DNA of 20,307 nucleotides from a virus (Duplodnaviria > Heunggongvirae > Uroviricota > Caudoviricetes), in the IMG/VR virus record IMGVR_UViG_3300028602_000006. One strand, written 5' to 3'. The notes under the pieces were generated by a model. The model saw only the letters and a list, made by a program, of their open reading frames with translations, was not told the origin of the DNA and did no database searches. The position numbers were made by a program, and so were the translations under genes. Below, piece by piece: positions 16,091-20,307 of the stretch. Position 1 is the stretch's first letter; every line of letters begins with the position of its first letter.

Positions 16091-17173
16091 TTGAAGAATG
16101 TATCTATCATGAAGTTTTTAAGTCTAAAAAAAGAATCTCGTACGTTTATGCCAGAGATATTATCTCCGGGCACCGGCCTTACTCCACCTTCAAATAGGTC
16201 AGTTCTTCCAACAAACAACGTCCACACAATACAAGATTCATTGGACGGTAGACAATGCGTTATACCTAGCGGAGGAGGGGATTGGTCTAGAGGCGCTGAT
16301 GGCGACGAATTACCTCATTCCTATAAGGAAGAGGGAGATGGATATAGGCGCAAGGAGCGTGATCTCGCTATCATGAGGAAGATGATGCAACCCAATCCAG
16401 ATGAATCTGAAAAATGGAAAGTAAAAATACCCGGCGGATCAAGAACATTCCCTTCATTCAACATGGTTCAAGATTTTAGAAATAAAATGCGCCAAATGGG
16501 TGTCCCTATAAAATGGGTATCACGCATTGCCCAAAATCAAGATAAGGTTCAGGTCGTTTCTGAATCTCTTAAAAGAACTTTTAAAGTTGAATCTATTGAT
16601 ACTTATCATTCAATAAAAGAAACTGGAGCCGCTTTTTGTATCGCTCCCAATATATTTATAACTTGTGCTCATGTAATTGTAAATTATAATAAGGCTATAG
16701 AAACCGAATTAGATATTGATGATTTTAAGGATCAAGTCTCTGTTCAAATCATTCAAGGCGGTCATAGATTGCCTGCTGAAGTTATAGCTCTTAATGGAGC
16801 ATGGGATATTGCTATCTTGAGAGCGGAAATAGATGTCGAACCATTTAGTTTAGATATATCTTCCATGCAAATTGGAGACGACATTCTAACAATTGGTAGT
16901 CCACATGGTTTCGAAAATAATGTATCTTTTGGAAATATAGGTTCCATTGGCCGACAAATTTACGGGCATCAAGGCGCTCCCAAATATTTCTTTATTGATG
17001 CTCCTGTATTTCAGGGCAACAGCGGAGGCCCCATAGTAAAGGTTAATAGCGGAGAAGTGATCGGGATGCTTACTTCAATAGTAGCACAAGATGGGAATTA
17101 TGGATTAAATGTTGGTTTACCTTCTTATTATCTTCGTAATTTTTGTATAATGAAAGAGATAAGAACTACGTAA
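16091..17173 (+). CDS. Trypsin-like (S1/HtrA-type, no PDZ) serine protease with ~150-aa N-terminal extension
   Basis: Catalytic triad ITCAHV, DIAIL, GNSGGP. Start is TTG 16091 (SD AGGAG) or ATG 16109. Confidence 0.9.
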   Translation: MKNVSIMKFLSLKKESRTFMPEILSPGTGLTPPSNRSVLPTNNVHTIQDSLDGRQCVIPSGGGDWSRGADGDELPHSYKEEGDGYRRKERDLAIMRKMMQPNPDESEKWKVKIPGGSRTFPSFNMVQDFRNKMRQMGVPIKWVSRIAQNQDKVQVVSESLKRTFKVESIDTYHSIKETGAAFCIAPNIFITCAHVIVNYNKAIETELDIDDFKDQVSVQIIQGGHRLPAEVIALNGAWDIAILRAEIDVEPFSLDISSMQIGDDILTIGSPHGFENNVSFGNIGSIGRQIYGHQGAPKYFFIDAPVFQGNSGGPIVKVNSGEVIGMLTSIVAQDGNYGLNVGLPSYYLRNFCIMKEIRTT

Positions 17174-17261
17174 TTGATTGACGGGTTGATTTGAACGATA
17201 GCACTTTAATATGTTGATGTCTAAAGAATAACCGCCCGTTTATAGTAAGAAGGAGTATAAT

Positions 17262-17690
17262 ATGAGTCATTGGCAAACCGGCAAACTGGAACTTAAATGT
17301 AGCCTTAATATATTGAAAAAAGCGCTTATTAATGTTATGCCCGAATGGGAAAAGCATATTCAAGTTGATGAAAACGGCCAATTATCAGCTAACTTTCATG
17401 GTAATCCTGTTTCTGATAAATTCGAAATGGTTATACCCGGGAATTCAGGAGCATACGGCCTATATAGCGATGTCGGGATAAGGCGAACTTCCGGAGGAGA
17501 ATGGGAAATCGGCGGAGATTATACCGTTAATTCCTTGAAGAAGAAATTAACTGGTGAAGTTACTCGAATGAAGACTTTAGCGATTGCTCAGATGCGAGGT
17601 TATGAGGTTCTTCGAAATGAAAATAATGAAGATGAAATAATTACTGATATTAGGGTCGATGTGGATAAAGTCAGAGATCTTTTATCCTAA
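17262..17690 (+). CDS. DUF1257 / Ycf35-like protein
   Basis: MSHW......LKKAL...DVGIRR....WEIGGD...A..RGY pattern; SD AAGGAG. Confidence 0.7.
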   Translation: MSHWQTGKLELKCSLNILKKALINVMPEWEKHIQVDENGQLSANFHGNPVSDKFEMVIPGNSGAYGLYSDVGIRRTSGGEWEIGGDYTVNSLKKKLTGEVTRMKTLAIAQMRGYEVLRNENNEDEIITDIRVDVDKVRDLLS

Positions 17691-17712
17691 ACGGTTACAA
17701 AGGAGAAAAACA

Positions 17713-18033
17713 ATGGGCGAAGTTATTGTCAGGTTAACAGTTAATAAACATAATGGGAATTATGAAACCAAGATACTTGGTCATGAGAACGGCTCTACAT
17801 GTGGAGACGGTATTGATGAAGATATTTTGAATGATCTCCTTAATGCAGAAGTCCCCGGTTTTGAAAATATGGCAACTGCCGAAGACTCCGGTAGAACTTG
17901 CGAATATTTTGACGAGAAACAAGCAAAACAGCAACCGCATCATTATAAATATAATGAGGACGATGATGGAGAAGACGGCGATGAAGAAGAAAAATCCAAG
18001 AAGAATGATTTAAGTCTTGGGTATGGGGTTTAA
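17713..18033 (+). CDS. DUF2997-like protein with acidic tail
   Basis: Start ATG 17713 (SD AAGGAG). Pattern I..NG......G..G..C....L...T.EYF; directly follows DUF1257, the usual pairing. Confidence 0.6.
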   Translation: MGEVIVRLTVNKHNGNYETKILGHENGSTCGDGIDEDILNDLLNAEVPGFENMATAEDSGRTCEYFDEKQAKQQPHHYKYNEDDDGEDGDEEEKSKKNDLSLGYGV

Positions 18034-18065
18034 CGCTTATAGCTTTTATAATTTGGGGGAGGATG

Positions 18066-18097
18066 AAGAGGCGGGTTAGACCTGCCTCTTTTTTTTT
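18066..18097 (+). terminator. Rho-independent terminator
   Basis: AAGAGGCGGGT-TAG-ACCTGCCTCTT followed by a T-run. Confidence 0.9.
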
Positions 18098-18099
18098 AT

Positions 18100-18129
18100 A
18101 GGACTTTTACGGAGTAACAAAGAAATAAT
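18100..18129 (+). promoter_or_regulatory. Promoter motif AGGA-N18-GAAATAAT, leaderless start at 18134
   Basis: Exact spacing match, immediately after the terminator. Confidence 0.55.
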
Positions 18130-18133
18130 AGAA

Positions 18134-20307
18134 ATGGAAAAAGAAGGTCAAAATTCTAATTATACGGAGTATTATCAAGGGCAAACGCCGGACTATAGGC
18201 CGGGCGGGAGCATTGATTATTCTCAGTTATCTTCTGTTTTTTCGAGAACGCCTGAGACAATGGAGCTAGTATACGGGTATGCGCCTCAAATTTCTCAAGA
18301 TGTTTCCTATATATTTGATTTTTCAAATCAGGGTGCGTATGGGGTTTATATTCCAGCTTTAGTGGAGGAAGTTAAGTCCAATGAGCTTCGGCAACAACTT
18401 GAAAGCAGAGGATATGAAATTAAAGAAGAGGACGGTATGCTTGTCGCTTACCCTAAGGATGGAAAAGATGATACGCAAGTTAAGTCGGAAATAAAACAAT
18501 TATGGGATCAAATTAACGCTGGTAAAAGCGAGGTTCTTGGCGTAAATATAAATAAGGTAAAAAGTTCTACTGAGCAGCAAATGAGAGATATTGTGAATCA
18601 AGCATCATCGGCTGGAGCGCCTATCTCCAACCCCAATTTATTATGGGATATGTTAATCATGCTCGAACTTGGGGCAACTGTTGTTCATGAGTGGGAGCAT
18701 TCGAGAGGCGGAGACGAGGGAGCGGCGCAGGGACGGGAAGCTGATTTTGTATCCAAAATGATGGAAACTGTACGTCAGAAATATTTTTCCGAATCTGGCG
18801 AGGAAATGCCTGTTGAGACAATGGCTTCTACGAAGAACTGGTACAAGTTTGCTCAATATTTGAATTATATTCCTAGGAACATACGCAGGCAACCACTGGG
18901 ATCAGATCTGGATGGACGAATGGGTCGTAATCCCCCCGCCGCCACTTCAACGGCTGACTGGGGAATGATGGCTCAACAAAACCAGAGCGAACCAATTGAA
19001 AACCGTTTAGGTCGTGGATTCATGTGGCCGCTTGCAAAAGGGCTTGATCAGAGTAACCAATCAATAGAAGAGCAATTAAGGCGTCAATTCGCTACCGATG
19101 AGGTTCCAAATGTTCAAATGATACATGAAGAATTATTATCGAAAGATAGGGATTCTTCTCAAGGTTATAAAACATTAGAGCAGTTGATGGAAGAGCGTCG
19201 TCCGCAACCGCTAATGGTTCCCCTTGAGAAAACAGCATCTAAATTAAAAAAAGAAGCAACACTTTTCGGATGGTACAACAATCTTGAGATCTCAGATGGT
19301 TCTACGATTCCCGGTCTTGGAGATAGAGTAATGGCGTGGGATGATCGTGATGAGGATTTCGCTGCCGACGAAACTTGGATTAAAGAGCAGCCTAGATATA
19401 ATCCGAGTTATGATATTAAAGGATTCTACTACCGATGGATTGAGCCTCGTTTCAAGCCGCAACTTTGGGATGATATGACGAATGATCTTTCTAATACACA
19501 TCCTGCGAAAAGATTTGCTCAAGTCGAACAAAACGTAGATACATCGGGTACGCAAATTATACAGATTTTAGAAATTATAAAGAATCGCATTCTTACAGGA
19601 CAAATGCGGGCGACAAGATTAGTTGTAACAAGCGACATATTTTCTTGGATTAAAAAAATTGTTGAATGTGATGGAGTTCGAGTGAAACATTTTCGTTTTG
19701 GGAAAACAGTTGATGAAGATCCCATATATGCTGTATGGGTTACGGAACCATCAATACCCGTTGAAACATTGCGTGAGGCTGAAAAGGCGTTTCAAGCCAA
19801 AACAGAAGATGATGTTAATGATTTAGTCGAAGAGTTATTGGGGCTTTCTTATTATAGGGCAAAGGTTGTTAAGGAAATTATACAAGCTGCAAAACGCATA
19901 TGCTCTGTGATCGGAATTAAGGATCTGTATATAGTTGGTACGTATGCTAGAGAAATGGCGATGGGAAATGAATCTCCAGATGTAGAGCAATTGGATTTTT
20001 CCACATCTTCAACGAGGATGAATTCTCAAATTGGGCATCTTTTATCTAAACATCTAGGAGTAGAATCCGATATCGGAGAAGATCTCGTTTTTATTTATAA
20101 GGGTATCAAAGTTGAATTTAGTATTTCTGTTCGTAAAGAAGAATTAGCCCAATTATCTGTATTTAAGGTTAAAAGAAAAGATATGGTCGCCATAGATATT
20201 TTAAAAAGAGATTTTACAGTTAATATGCTTGCTTATAATATCATAACGGGAGAAATAATTGACCCTCTTAGAGTTGCAAAAAAGGCGATTCGCAATGGAG
20301 AAATTAA
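18134..20307 (+). CDS. Multidomain protein (>724 aa, runs off window): HExxH zincin metallopeptidase, unknown central domains, degenerate CCA-adding/poly(A) polymerase head domain
   Basis: Not in ORF track; open from ATG 18134 to the end. VVHEWEHSRGGDE at about 18680-18718. From about 19925: LYIVGTYARE...QLDF...KVEF...DILKRDFTVNMLAYN...IIDPL. Confidence 0.85.
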   Translation, partial: MEKEGQNSNYTEYYQGQTPDYRPGGSIDYSQLSSVFSRTPETMELVYGYAPQISQDVSYIFDFSNQGAYGVYIPALVEEVKSNELRQQLESRGYEIKEEDGMLVAYPKDGKDDTQVKSEIKQLWDQINAGKSEVLGVNINKVKSSTEQQMRDIVNQASSAGAPISNPNLLWDMLIMLELGATVVHEWEHSRGGDEGAAQGREADFVSKMMETVRQKYFSESGEEMPVETMASTKNWYKFAQYLNYIPRNIRRQPLGSDLDGRMGRNPPAATSTADWGMMAQQNQSEPIENRLGRGFMWPLAKGLDQSNQSIEEQLRRQFATDEVPNVQMIHEELLSKDRDSSQGYKTLEQLMEERRPQPLMVPLEKTASKLKKEATLFGWYNNLEISDGSTIPGLGDRVMAWDDRDEDFAADETWIKEQPRYNPSYDIKGFYYRWIEPRFKPQLWDDMTNDLSNTHPAKRFAQVEQNVDTSGTQIIQILEIIKNRILTGQMRATRLVVTSDIFSWIKKIVECDGVRVKHFRFGKTVDEDPIYAVWVTEPSIPVETLREAEKAFQAKTEDDVNDLVEELLGLSYYRAKVVKEIIQAAKRICSVIGIKDLYIVGTYAREMAMGNESPDVEQLDFSTSSTRMNSQIGHLLSKHLGVESDIGEDLVFIYKGIKVEFSISVRKEELAQLSVFKVKRKDMVAIDILKRDFTVNMLAYNIITGEIIDPLRVAKKAIRNGEI

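Noticed and set aside
17659-17712. Upstream GTG start for the DUF2997-like gene
   Set aside because: Overlaps the previous gene; ATG 17713 has SD AAGGAG.
18653-19725. Three short minus-strand ORFs
   Set aside because: Antisense to the long plus-strand ORF starting at 18134.
1-20307. Alternative genetic code, tRNAs, inteins or introns
   Set aside because: Genes are full length in code 11 with TAA, TAG and TGA all used as stops. No cloverleaf, intein or intron signatures were seen in terL, nrdJ or the intergenic regions.

Overview
AT-rich, gene-dense fragment of a large tailed-phage genome (probably jumbo), standard genetic code. Recognisable genes: a vWA (MIDAS) protein cut by the left edge, a SleB-type cell-wall hydrolase, an ABC/AAA_21-type ATPase, a class II (B12-dependent) ribonucleotide reductase, an NHL beta-propeller, the terminase large subunit, an HMGA-like AT-hook protein, a trypsin-like serine protease and a DUF1257/Ycf35 + DUF2997 pair. 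An IS200/IS605-family tnpB-only element appears inserted after codon 23 of the ATPase gene. A >724-aa ORF missed by the ORF track (cut by the right edge) fuses an HExxH metallopeptidase to a degenerate CCA-adding/poly(A) polymerase head domain. Less obvious layers read from the sequence: a recurrent AGGN-N18-GWA promoter motif (8 copies), a likely programmed -1 frameshift on an A9 run at 14935-14943, and a recurrent (K/R)-x-A-(Q/S/G) motif at domain boundaries of several proteins, suggesting protease-processed virion cargo polyproteins. No database searches were run; family calls come from motif recognition.
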